From contig CAMYMY010000030.1 of NCBI GenBank assembly GCA_947259625.1, forward strand, positions 1-39,298: DNA of 39,298 bases. Reading direction: 5' to 3'. The notes beneath the pieces are model-generated. The model was not told the DNA's origin. It ran no database searches and saw only the letters and a program-made list of their open reading frames with translations. The stretch comes from an uncultured Kiloniellales bacterium. GTDB lineage: Bacteria; Pseudomonadota; Alphaproteobacteria; Kiloniellales; JAKSDN01. Position numbers and translations under genes: made by a program. This document shows positions 10,015 through 17,890 of the stretch, one piece after another. Every line of letters starts with the position of its first letter. The stretch's first letter is position 1.

Positions 10015-10926
10015 TTACAGGTGCTCGTACAGGGTCACGGCGTGGTCCAATTCTTCGAGCAGCAGCAGATTTGCTTGCGCCGCTTTCTCGATGGCGCCGG
10101 GATCGGGTCTGCCGGCCTTCGCGAAGGGCTCCAGTTGCGGCCGGATCTCGTCCCACAGGCGCTCGACGACTCTCAATCGGGCCCTGATTTCCGGGGTCGG
10201 CGCGCGTAGAATCCCTTCATCGTTGTCGCCTTGGATCAAGCTCTGGAGCGTGCGATCGAAATTCTTAATGGTACCGCGCAGGTTGCGCCGGTTGTTTCGC
10301 TCTTCATAGCCATAAGCGATCAGAAGATACTCCTTGAACATCTTCTGGCTCAGCATCCGCTGCCGCCCCGACACGTTGAGGGCAACCGTGAGCATGGAAA
10401 CGAGATTGACGTTTCCGCCGCGAGCCCCCCGCTGAAAGGCCGTCACCGTGTCGTCCGCCGCCTGCAAGAGCGGCAAATTCAGCTCGACAATGGTGTCAAT
10501 GCCCCCGGCCGTGACGTTCCGGCCGGCGACACTGTTGCGGACGACGGTATCGAGCAGCGTCCACAGCTCCTCGACCTTGCCGAGACGGTCCAACACCTCG
10601 GGCTCGGTTGTCGGTTGTAGGCCCAGGACCGCATCGCCGTTGCGCAGACCCTTCAACGTACGGTCGAACAACGCCCTGCTCTCCTCTAGATTTCGGAGGT
10701 TTCCTTCCCGGTCGATTTTCAAAGCCACGAGCAGGGATTCCTTGCTGATCTTTTGTGTCAGCATTCGCTGCATGCCGGCAAGGTTGATGACGTGATTGAG
10801 GGTCTTGGTCTCGGCAAGACCCGCGCCGGCCCCAGTCGCCACCCCCAGGGCGATTACGCAGACCAGCACAACCAACCGGCCAATGTGCGTTCCGGCCGGT
10901 CTTTCGAGACAACTAGACGAAGGCAT
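10015..10926 (-). CDS. Exported protein made of two tandem PilJ-type (NarX/NIT-like four-helix) sensor modules with no output domain
   Basis: ATG at 10926 preceded by GGAG. The Sec-type leader is MPSSSCLERPAGTHIGRLVVLVCVIALGVATGAGAGLA. Two repeats each carry the PilJ N-terminal signature: INLAGMQRMLTQKISKE...FDRTLKGLRNGD...VEELW and LNVSGRQRMLSQKMFKE...FDRTLQSLIQGD...VERLW. The track ORF extends to 11169, but that 81-aa extension has no protein-like features. Confidence 0.75.
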   Translation of the reverse strand: MPSSSCLERPAGTHIGRLVVLVCVIALGVATGAGAGLAETKTLNHVINLAGMQRMLTQKISKESLLVALKIDREGNLRNLEESRALFDRTLKGLRNGDAVLGLQPTTEPEVLDRLGKVEELWTLLDTVVRNSVAGRNVTAGGIDTIVELNLPLLQAADDTVTAFQRGARGGNVNLVSMLTVALNVSGRQRMLSQKMFKEYLLIAYGYEERNNRRNLRGTIKNFDRTLQSLIQGDNDEGILRAPTPEIRARLRVVERLWDEIRPQLEPFAKAGRPDPGAIEKAAQANLLLLEELDHAVTLYEHL

Positions 10927-11134
10927 CCCACGTTCTCCAACATCGCATATGGCATGACCGCCACACCTGCATATTGTAGCCGTCATACCCCATAGCCGGG
11001 CCCGAATGATCATAGTGACGCCAGGGTTGTGAAGTTTTCGTAAACTTCCGCCGTTTCGCCCAAGATCCGAATCGAGCAATCGGAACAACCGAAATATAAT
11101 TTGATAACAATGAAGTAAGCGAAAAACTTGGCAG

Positions 11135-11170
11135 CGTGTCAGGTTGTCGAGACCGAGTAACCTCGACACG
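11135..11170 (-). terminator. Candidate stem-loop terminator between the permease gene and the PilJ-like gene
   Basis: cgtgtcaggtt / aacct(c)gacacg gives 11 bp with a 1-nt bulge and a 13-nt loop. On the minus strand a GTTTTT run begins about 9 nt after the stem, so it is not immediately adjacent. Confidence 0.3.
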
Positions 11171-11249
11171 TCTTGCCTAGGATTAGGGGCTCGGCCTCAC
11201 CACCGAAAATAGAAATCTCTGTTCAAAGTTGGCTTAGGTCCAGTTGCGG

Positions 11250-11303
11250 GGTTCTCGCCTGACGAGTACTCTTCGTTCAAATCCGGATCAGGCGCCAAGA
11301 GCC
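11250..11303 (-). other. Large imperfect stem-loop 17 nt downstream of the permease stop codon
   Basis: ggttct+cgcctga (11250-11262) pairs with tcaggcg (11288-11294) and agagcc (11298-11303) across a 3-nt bulge. The 25-nt loop contains the palindrome GAGTACTC and a TTCAAATCC motif. There is no U-tract. Confidence 0.3.
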
Positions 11304-11319
11304 GACTAAGAACAGCCGC

Positions 11320-12606
11320 TTAGAAGAACGCGAATTTGAGGGCGAAGAGCACGCCGATCACCAGGACGGCGGGCGGGCACTCGCGCCACTTGCCACTGGC
11401 GATCTTCACCACCGCATAGGTGATGAAGCCGATGCCGATGCCGTGGGCGATCGAGAAGGTCAGCGGCATGGCGATCGCGGTGATCACCGCGGGCGCATAT
11501 TCGGTCGCGTCCTCCCAATCGATCTCCGCCAGGCCACGGGCCATCAGGCAGGCGACGTAGAGCAGGGCCGGCGCGGTCGCATAGCCGGGCACGGTCTGGG
11601 CCAGGGGCGAGAAGAACAGGGTGAGCAGGAACAGGCCCGCGACGACCACGGCGGTCAGCCCGGTGCGGCCGCCCGCCTTGATGCCGGCCGCACTCTCGAT
11701 ATAGCTGGTGGTCGTCGAGGTGCCCATCAGGGCGCCGGCCACTGTTGCCGTGCTGTCGGCGAGCAGCGCCCGGCCGACCCCCGGAAGATGGCCCTTGGCG
11801 TCGAGCATGCCGGCCCGGTGGGCGAGGCCGACCAGGGTGCCGGCGGTATCGAACAGGTCGACCAGCAGGAAGGTGAAGACTACGGTCAGCAGGCCGATGC
11901 TCATCGCCCCGCCGATGTCGAGTTGGAGGAAGGTTGGCATGGGATCGGGCGGCAGCGAGGCCAGGCCCTTCCATTCAGAGACGCCGAACAGGACGCCCAC
12001 GGCGGTGACCGCGAGGATCCCGATGATCACCGCGCCCGGGATCCTGTGCGCGTCGAGCACGATCATGATGACGAAGCCGGCTGCGGCGAGCAGCACGGCT
12101 GGGGCCGTGACGTCGCCCAGGGTGACCAGCGTCGCTGGATGGTCCACCACGATGCCGGCGTTCTTCAGCGCGATGATCGCGAGGAACAGCCCGATCCCGG
12201 CCGAGATCGCCAGCTTCAGGGTCTTGGGGATCGAGTTGATGATCCAGGCGCGCACCGGCAGCAGGCTGAGGATGACGAAGAGCACGCCGGAGAGAAATAC
12301 GGCGCCCAAGGCGGTCTGCCAGGAGTAGCCCATGCTGCCGACCACGGTGTAGGCGAAGAAGGCGTTCAGCCCCATGCCCGGCGCCAGCGCGATCGGGAAG
12401 TTGGCGTAGAGCCCCATGATCAGCGTGCCGACCGCCGCCGCCACGCAGGTCGCCACGAAGACCGCCCCGAAATCCATGCCCACATCGGACAGTATCGCCG
12501 GGTTGACGAAGGTGATGTAGGCCATGGTCAGGAAGGTCGTGACCCCGGCCAGGACCTCTGTCCGCACCGTGGTTCCATGTTCGGCCAGCTTGAACAGTTT
12601 CAGCAT
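11320..12606 (-). CDS. NCS2-family purine permease (AzgA / adenine-guanine-hypoxanthine permease type)
   Basis: 428 aa. MLKLFKLAEHGTTVRTEVLAGVTTFLTMAYITFVNPAILS is the characteristic N-terminus of this family, followed by about 12 or more hydrophobic segments. A strong RBS GAGGGGGAAAGA precedes the ATG at 12606. Confidence 0.88.
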   Translation of the reverse strand: MLKLFKLAEHGTTVRTEVLAGVTTFLTMAYITFVNPAILSDVGMDFGAVFVATCVAAAVGTLIMGLYANFPIALAPGMGLNAFFAYTVVGSMGYSWQTALGAVFLSGVLFVILSLLPVRAWIINSIPKTLKLAISAGIGLFLAIIALKNAGIVVDHPATLVTLGDVTAPAVLLAAAGFVIMIVLDAHRIPGAVIIGILAVTAVGVLFGVSEWKGLASLPPDPMPTFLQLDIGGAMSIGLLTVVFTFLLVDLFDTAGTLVGLAHRAGMLDAKGHLPGVGRALLADSTATVAGALMGTSTTTSYIESAAGIKAGGRTGLTAVVVAGLFLLTLFFSPLAQTVPGYATAPALLYVACLMARGLAEIDWEDATEYAPAVITAIAMPLTFSIAHGIGIGFITYAVVKIASGKWRECPPAVLVIGVLFALKFAFF

Positions 12607-12760
12607 TCTTTCCCCCTCGGATCTCGCAACCGGCCGCGTGCCGCCCTGGGACCGAAGCCTGGCCGGTGCCGTCGCGCCCTCGCTGCGCTTTCAATCCCCC
12701 TCTTGCGACCGGCCATCCGGGCTTATGGCTTTGTTAGCCCGGCGTGGCTAAAGTTCGGCC

Positions 12761-13189
12761 ATGCAGCGCCTTGGTGCCAGTCTGACAGCGAGCCTGTCGC
12801 TCCTGCTCGTGGCCGCCACCCCCGCGTCGGCGGCGGATGCCATCCTGCGCATGACGCAAGGCGACTGCAAGCGCCTTGTCGCCCACCGGCCGGCGCCCGG
12901 CGTCGCCTATCAACCTGGTATCGATGTGCGCGGCCATGCAGTCGCGCCGGCCGAACCCGAGGGTGATACTCCGCTTCAAACTTCGGAGATCCTTCTGATC
13001 CCGATCGAGCTCGACCTCTTCGAGAGCCTCGGCTCCGACCCGGGCCGCCCTGCCGTCGAGGCCAGGGTCCTCATCGGCACGATCGAGCTGCGCGACGGGC
13101 GCGCCTACTTCAACGGCCGGCCGCTGGAAGACGCGGGCGAGGCGAAATTGGCGGCGAAGTGCCGGGAGCGGCTGGCCGGGGGCGGTTAG
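12761..13189 (+). CDS. Exported hypothetical protein (signal peptide, two Cys)
   Basis: MQRLGASLTASLSLLLVAATPASA/AD is a Sec signal with an AxA site. The 142-aa product has Cys near each end of the mature part. No family recognised with certainty. The RBS is weak. Confidence 0.6.
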   Translation: MQRLGASLTASLSLLLVAATPASAADAILRMTQGDCKRLVAHRPAPGVAYQPGIDVRGHAVAPAEPEGDTPLQTSEILLIPIELDLFESLGSDPGRPAVEARVLIGTIELRDGRAYFNGRPLEDAGEAKLAAKCRERLAGGG

Positions 13190-13231
13190 GGACGGCCTCG
13201 ACGCGCATCGAGCGCGGCACCGGCTGCGTGC

Positions 13232-13606
13232 TCAGAGCTGAAACCGGATGAACATGTAAAAGCCGAAAATGATCAGACACATGCAGACCGTATTGATCAG
13301 GTAAAGCAGTTTCGATCGCTCGGCGCGTCGCTCTTTGTCGGCCAGCATCTGGTCCGGCGAGGATCGCGCCTTTTCCTCCAGTTGCTTGGCGTAGAGATCG
13401 ACCGCCGTCGTGCCTTGGCCTGTGTCCGGGACGGCGTGCCCGCCGTGCAGGTCGAGCCGAATTGAAACGAGCAGCCCGATCAAGCCCAAAAGCCCGACGC
13501 CCAGCCAGCCAATGTAGGAGAAGGAAACCACGGCGGCGATGAGCGCGACGATAACCCAGAAAAGCACGGCCACCCAGAAAGCGCGTTTTTTCCGGCCGTT
13601 ATCCAT
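13232..13606 (-). CDS. Hypothetical small membrane protein (about 3 TM segments with a charged linker)
   Basis: ATG at 13606 preceded by GGAGACGGGAA. MDNGRKKRAFWVAVLFWVIVALIAAVVSFSYIGWLGVGLLGLIGLLVSI...charged linker...LLYLINTVCMCLIIFGFYMFIRFQL. GC is lower than in the neighbours. The track ORF start at 13786 adds 60 implausible residues. Confidence 0.6.
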   Translation of the reverse strand: MDNGRKKRAFWVAVLFWVIVALIAAVVSFSYIGWLGVGLLGLIGLLVSIRLDLHGGHAVPDTGQGTTAVDLYAKQLEEKARSSPDQMLADKERRAERSKLLYLINTVCMCLIIFGFYMFIRFQL

Positions 13607-13814
13607 TTCCCGTCTCCGATCTCCTCGTCGCCATAGTACCATATTCGGTCTTGTGCCGCCGGTCCCTCGCGGCCGTTCTGGAGCCGCAATTCCCCGCCGT
13701 CCGGCCATGGACATGCAAGGTGCCTTCCCATAGTCTCTGCACGCCCGCGGCCGCGCCGGGCGGTGTCCTCTTCCAAGGGCGCCCACACCATGGAATTCAA
13801 CGTCGAGGAGTTCG

Positions 13815-15140
13815 ATGCGCCGCTCCGCCTATTTTCTGCCCACGCTGAAGGAAACGCCCTCCGAGGCGCAGATCGTTTCGCACCGGCTGATGCTGCGCGC
13901 CGGCATGATCCGGCAGGCCAGCGCCGGCATCTACTCCTGGCTGCCGCTCGGCTTTCGCGTGCTCAAGAACATCGAGCGGATCGTGCGCGAGGAGCAGGAC
14001 GCCGCCGGCTGCCAGGAAATCCTCATGCCGACCATTCAATCGGCCGACCTGTGGAAGCAGTCGGGGCGCTACGAGGACTACGGCAAAGAGATGCTGCGCA
14101 TCGAGGACCGCCACGGCCGGGAGATGCTCTACGGTCCGACCAACGAGGAGCTCATCACCGATATCTTCAAAAGCGCGGTGAAGAGCTACCGCGACCTGCC
14201 CAAGCTGCTCTACCACATCCAATGGAAGTTCCGCGACGAGGTGCGGCCCCGTTTCGGGATCATGCGCGGACGCGAATTCCTGATGAAGGACAGCTACTCC
14301 TTCGATCTAGATTATGACGCTGCCAAAGAAGCTTACAACAAAATGTTCGTAACTTACCTTAGGACCTTTGCGCGCATGGATCTGAAGGCGATTCCCATGG
14401 AGGCCGACACCGGGCCGATTGGCGGCAACCTGAGCCACGAGTTCATCATCCTGGCCGACACCGGCGAGTCCGAGGTCTATTGCAACCGGGACTTCGTCGA
14501 TTTCGACGTCCTCGGCTCCGATGTCGAGTATCGGGATGTCGAGGGCCTTGCGAAGATCGTGGATCATTTCACCAGCCTCTACGCCTGTACGGACGAGAAG
14601 CACGATGCCGCGGAGTTCGAACGCCGGGTGCCCGAGGACCGCCGTCATGTCGGGCGCGGCATAGAGGTCGGCCACATCTTCTATTTCGGCGACAAGTACT
14701 CCGCGCCGCTGGGCGCTTTCGTGACCAAGCCGGACGACAGCCAGGTCGCCGTGCATATGGGCTCCTACGGCATCGGCGTGTCGCGCCTCGCGGGCGCGAT
14801 CATCGAGGCGAGCCACGACGACGCCGGGATCGTCTGGCCCGAATCCGTCGCGCCTTTCAAGGTCGGATTGATCAACCTCAAGGCCGGCGATGCCGACTGC
14901 ACCCGGGTCTGCGAAGAGATCTACGGCCAGCTGCGCGGGGCCGGCGTCGAAGTCCTGTACGACGACAGCGAGGAACGCGGCGGCGCCAAGTTCGCCGAGA
15001 TGGATCTGATCGGCCTGCCCTGGCAACTTATCGTCGGGCCGCGCGGCGTCAAACAGGGCGTGGTCGAGTTGAAACAACGGCGCGGCGGCGACCGGCAGGA
15101 GTTGTCGAGCGAATCCGCGCTGGCGCGCCTGACCGCCTGA
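13815..15140 (+). CDS. proS: Proline--tRNA ligase (short alphaproteobacterial type without the large INS editing insertion)
   Basis: 441 aa. [46 protein letters not shown]...[25 protein letters not shown]...[10 protein letters not shown] are class II ProRS motifs. Confidence 0.95.
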   Translation: MRRSAYFLPTLKETPSEAQIVSHRLMLRAGMIRQASAGIYSWLPLGFRVLKNIERIVREEQDAAGCQEILMPTIQSADLWKQSGRYEDYGKEMLRIEDRHGREMLYGPTNEELITDIFKSAVKSYRDLPKLLYHIQWKFRDEVRPRFGIMRGREFLMKDSYSFDLDYDAAKEAYNKMFVTYLRTFARMDLKAIPMEADTGPIGGNLSHEFIILADTGESEVYCNRDFVDFDVLGSDVEYRDVEGLAKIVDHFTSLYACTDEKHDAAEFERRVPEDRRHVGRGIEVGHIFYFGDKYSAPLGAFVTKPDDSQVAVHMGSYGIGVSRLAGAIIEASHDDAGIVWPESVAPFKVGLINLKAGDADCTRVCEEIYGQLRGAGVEVLYDDSEERGGAKFAEMDLIGLPWQLIVGPRGVKQGVVELKQRRGGDRQELSSESALARLTA

Positions 15141-15156
15141 ACCGGATATCCCGCAG

Positions 15157-16404
15157 ATGATGTTTACCGCCTTCGAGCGCATGGTGGCCAGGCGCTACCT
15201 GCGCGCCCGCCGCCAGGAAGGCTCGCTTTCGGTGATCGCTATCTTCTCGGTGATCGGCATTGCCTTGGGCGTGGCGACGCTGATTGTCGTGATGGCGGTG
15301 ATGAACGGCTTCCGCGCGGACCTGCTGTCGCGCATCCTCGGCGTAAACGGCCACCTCACCGTCTTCGCCGATCAGGGTCCGATAGAGAATTTCGAATCCA
15401 CGACCCTTCGCCTGCGTCAGATCATCGGGGTTTCCAGCGTCGTGCCGCAGATCCAAGGACAGGTGATGGTGACGTCCGGCGGCCGGGCCCTGGGCGGCCT
15501 GGTGCGCGGCGTGCGGCCCGAAACCCTGACGGGACGCGCCCTGATCGCCGACAATATCGTCGCGGGATCGCTCGAGGACTTCCGCGGCGAGGACGTGGTC
15601 CTGCTGGGCAGCCGGCTGGCCAGGCGACTGGGCCTGACGGTCGGCGACGGCGTCACCATGGTAACGCCGCGTGGCAACCAGACAATCATGGGGACCATGC
15701 CGCGCCTCAAGACCTATCGCATCGTCGCGTTGTTCCAGATCGGCATGTACGAATACGACAGCAGCTTCGTCTACATGCCGCTGGAGGCCGCGCAACTCTT
15801 TTTCCGGCTGTCGGAGAGTGTGAACGCCATCGAGCTGTTCGTCGAGAATCCCGAGGAAATCGCAGCGATACGACGCCACATCCGCTCGGCCCTGGGGGGT
15901 GATTTTCGCACGGTCGACTGGCAGCAGGCCAACTCGAGCTTCTTTAGCGCGGTCCAGGTGGAACGCAACGTCATGGCCCTGATACTAACGCTCATCATCC
16001 TGGTTGCGACGTTCAACATCATCTCCGGGCAGATCGTGCTGGTCCGGGACAAGGGCCACGACATCGCCATACTGCGCACGATGGGCGCGACACGGGGCAT
16101 GATCCTGCGCATCTTCCTGATGACGGGCACCTTCATCGGTGTCGTCGGTACCTTCTTCGGCTGCCTGGCCGGCGTGCTCCTGGCCCGGAACATCGAGGTC
16201 ATTCGCACCCTGCTTCAGACCCTGACCGGGACCGAACTGTTCCCGGCCGAGATCTACTTTCTCTCGCACCTGCCGTCGAAGATCGACCCCGCGGAAGTGG
16301 TCGCGGTCGCCGTGGTGGCACTCGTCCTGTCGTTCCTTGCCACGCTCTATCCTTCGTGGCGCGCTGCGCGGCTCGATCCCGTCGAGGCGCTGCGCTATGA
16401 GTGA
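15157..16404 (+). CDS. Lipoprotein-releasing ABC transporter permease (LolC/LolE family)
   Basis: 415 aa. MacB-type topology FtsX permease ([22 protein letters not shown]..., C-terminal [19 protein letters not shown]), directly followed by lolD. Confidence 0.9.
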   Translation: MMFTAFERMVARRYLRARRQEGSLSVIAIFSVIGIALGVATLIVVMAVMNGFRADLLSRILGVNGHLTVFADQGPIENFESTTLRLRQIIGVSSVVPQIQGQVMVTSGGRALGGLVRGVRPETLTGRALIADNIVAGSLEDFRGEDVVLLGSRLARRLGLTVGDGVTMVTPRGNQTIMGTMPRLKTYRIVALFQIGMYEYDSSFVYMPLEAAQLFFRLSESVNAIELFVENPEEIAAIRRHIRSALGGDFRTVDWQQANSSFFSAVQVERNVMALILTLIILVATFNIISGQIVLVRDKGHDIAILRTMGATRGMILRIFLMTGTFIGVVGTFFGCLAGVLLARNIEVIRTLLQTLTGTELFPAEIYFLSHLPSKIDPAEVVAVAVVALVLSFLATLYPSWRAARLDPVEALRYE

Positions 16405-17089
16405 ACCGACCGCCGGGCAGCGTTTGCGGCTGGAGGGCATTCGCAAGACCTTCCGCCAGGGCGGGCGCGAGCTGAAGGTGCTGCATGACGTGACGCTCGA
16501 GGTCCGCCCGGGCGAGCTGGTGGCCCTGGTCGGGCCGTCCGGCTCGGGCAAGTCGACACTTCTGCACATCGCCGGGCTGCTCGAGCGGCAGGACGCCGGC
16601 GAGGTCGTGGTCGAGGACCGGCTAACGTCGCGGCTTCCCGACGGGGAGCGCACGGCGCTTCGCCGCAACACCATCGGATTCGTCTACCAGTATCACCACC
16701 TGCTGCCGGAGTTCTCTGCGCTGGAAAACATCATCGTGCCGCAGATGATCGCCGGCGTGGAGCGCGCCAAGGCCCGGACGCGGAGCGCCGAACTGCTCGA
16801 TATGCTCGCGCTGGGAGAGCGCAGCGGCCACCGGCCCGCACGGCTTTCAGGCGGCGAACAGCAGCGCGTGGCCGTCGCGCGGGCGCTGGCCAATGGTCCC
16901 GCCATCCTGCTGGCCGACGAGCCGACCGGCAATTTGGATCCCCAGACCGCCGATTCGGTCTTCGACAGCCTCATGAAGCTGGTGCGCGAGGGCGGGCTGG
17001 CCGCCCTGGTCGCGACCCATAATCAGGATCTGGCCGGGCGCATGGACCGCACCCTCAGGCTGGAGGACGGGGTCGTGGTGTCGGCTTGA
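16397..17089 (+). CDS. lolD: Lipoprotein-releasing ABC transporter ATP-binding protein
   Basis: ATG 16397 overlaps the permease gene by 8 nt. Walker A is GPSGSGKST, the signature is [15 protein letters not shown], and Walker B is [12 protein letters not shown]. Confidence 0.92.
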   Translation: MSEPTAGQRLRLEGIRKTFRQGGRELKVLHDVTLEVRPGELVALVGPSGSGKSTLLHIAGLLERQDAGEVVVEDRLTSRLPDGERTALRRNTIGFVYQYHHLLPEFSALENIIVPQMIAGVERAKARTRSAELLDMLALGERSGHRPARLSGGEQQRVAVARALANGPAILLADEPTGNLDPQTADSVFDSLMKLVREGGLAALVATHNQDLAGRMDRTLRLEDGVVVSA

Positions 17090-17155
17090 GCGTCGGTACC
17101 GTTCATCGGGTCCTGTCCCGGTCGCCGGCCCGGGCGCGCCGGGGGAGCCCAGATC

Positions 17156-17323
17156 TCAGAACAGACAGTGCTTGGCGTAATCGGCCGCCTCGTTGGCGGT
17201 CCACTCTCCCTTGGGCTTCTGCTTCAGGTCGGCACACCATTCCTTGCTGCCGACCTCGGGCGAACAAGCTGCGAGTAGAACCAGGACGGCGATCGCGGCG
17301 GCCGTGTTGCGAACGTTGGACAT
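17156..17323 (-). CDS. 55-aa lipoprotein resembling the DUF3012 small-lipoprotein family (absent from the ORF track)
   Basis: Own translation of the minus strand: MSNVRNTAAAIAVLVLLAAC/SPEVGSKEWCADLKQKPKGEWTANEAADYAKHCLF then TGA. The lipobox is LLAAC. The GSxxWCxxxKxKPKGxWTANEAxDYAKHC pattern matches my recollection of DUF3012. It starts 12 nt after the PilZ gene stop, with GGAAAG upstream. Confidence 0.7.
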   Translation of the reverse strand: MSNVRNTAAAIAVLVLLAACSPEVGSKEWCADLKQKPKGEWTANEAADYAKHCLF

Positions 17324-17335
17324 TTCCGACTTTCC

Positions 17336-17680
17336 CTAGGCAGGCCTGCGAATCGGCACCATTTGTTTCAGACAGTGGACGCACAGGCCGATGGCGGCCT
17401 CGGTATCGTCGAATTGCAGGCCCGAAGTGTTTCCCGCGCGCCACCTGAGTTCGCCGTGGAACCTGCCGACCGCCGAGTGTGCGATCTCGACAGGACCGGC
17501 AACTGTGACCGGACTGTCGAACCGTATACGTGCGCCGCAGAGGGACACGTCCTCAATGACGCCGCTGTATTCCCGCCCGCCGGCGATAAGCGATATGGCC
17601 GTCGGAGTCGGAACCGGATAGCGCTGCCGGTCACGGCGCTCCATGCCGTCAAGGGTCTCGTAGGTATAGCGCGGAAACAT
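17336..17680 (-). CDS. Stand-alone PilZ-domain protein (putative c-di-GMP receptor)
   Basis: Both PilZ signatures are present: RRDRQR (RRxxxR) and DVSLCG (DxSxxG). The start is uncertain: GTG 17713, ATG 17680 and ATG 17644 are all in frame. Confidence 0.75.
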   Translation of the reverse strand: MFPRYTYETLDGMERRDRQRYPVPTPTAISLIAGGREYSGVIEDVSLCGARIRFDSPVTVAGPVEIAHSAVGRFHGELRWRAGNTSGLQFDDTEAAIGLCVHCLKQMVPIRRPA

Positions 17681-17792
17681 GGTGGACTCGCAACCGGTGG
17701 TAATCCCTGCCACCTTGCTTGGCAGATCTTGATTAACGATTTATGAACAGCGCTGGGCGCGGCGTACGGCATAGCTGGGTGATCGTGGCCCC

Positions 17793-17816
17793 TTGTCCAC
17801 AAGATCCTGTGGATAA
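17793..17816. promoter_or_regulatory. Head-to-head pair of DnaA-box-like 9-mers in the PilZ/dnaE divergent promoter region
   Basis: TTGTCCACA (17793-17801, one mismatch to TTATCCACA), a 6-nt spacer, then TGTGGATAA (17808-17816, exact reverse complement of TTATCCACA). It lies 75-98 nt upstream of the dnaE ATG. Confidence 0.5.
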
Positions 17817-17890
17817 CCCGGGGTTTACCACCGTTTGTTGCCTGCCTGTTCCCGCTGACAGGGACGGTCCCAAGTGGAATTCTTATCACG

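Noticed and set aside
10927-11169. The 81-codon N-terminal extension of the PilJ-like ORF given in the track, and the 65-aa ORF at 10913-11110.
   Set aside because: The AT-rich sequence gives an implausible composition (Cys/Arg/Phe-rich). The internal Met at 10926 has a GGAG RBS and yields a canonical signal peptide.
11274-11296. tRNA-like 3' end GTTCAAATCCGGATCAGGCGCCA (T-loop-like TTCAAAT plus a terminal CCA). It could mark a tRNA gene or an att-site remnant of an integrated element.
   Set aside because: The 5' side does not pair with CCGGA to form a T-stem. No D-arm or anticodon arm can be drawn. The complement of TCAGGCG lies only 25 nt upstream, so the region folds as a simple long hairpin. 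I found no second copy of the motif and no integrase. It is treated as a stem-loop downstream of the permease gene.
12607-12760. Possible purine riboswitch in the 154-nt leader upstream of the NCS2 purine permease (minus strand).
   Set aside because: I read the reverse complement and found none of the conserved purine-riboswitch core elements (the UAUAAU-type junction, UAUGG, the CCGUAAAU-like loop). The region is merely GC-rich with generic pairing potential. A covariance-model scan would be the decisive test.
17103-17444. 113-aa minus-strand track ORF, and the 120-aa plus-strand ORF at 17086-17448, spanning the lolD-PilZ gap.
   Set aside because: Both are Arg-rich with no motifs. They overlap the much better supported 55-aa lipoprotein ORF (lipobox, RBS, family-like sequence) and the 3' end of the PilZ gene.
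17733-17747. CtrA-box-like TTAA-N7-TGAA in the PilZ/dnaE intergenic region.
   Set aside because: The second half-site is imperfect. Such AT-rich near-matches are expected in promoter DNA, and there is no supporting second site.
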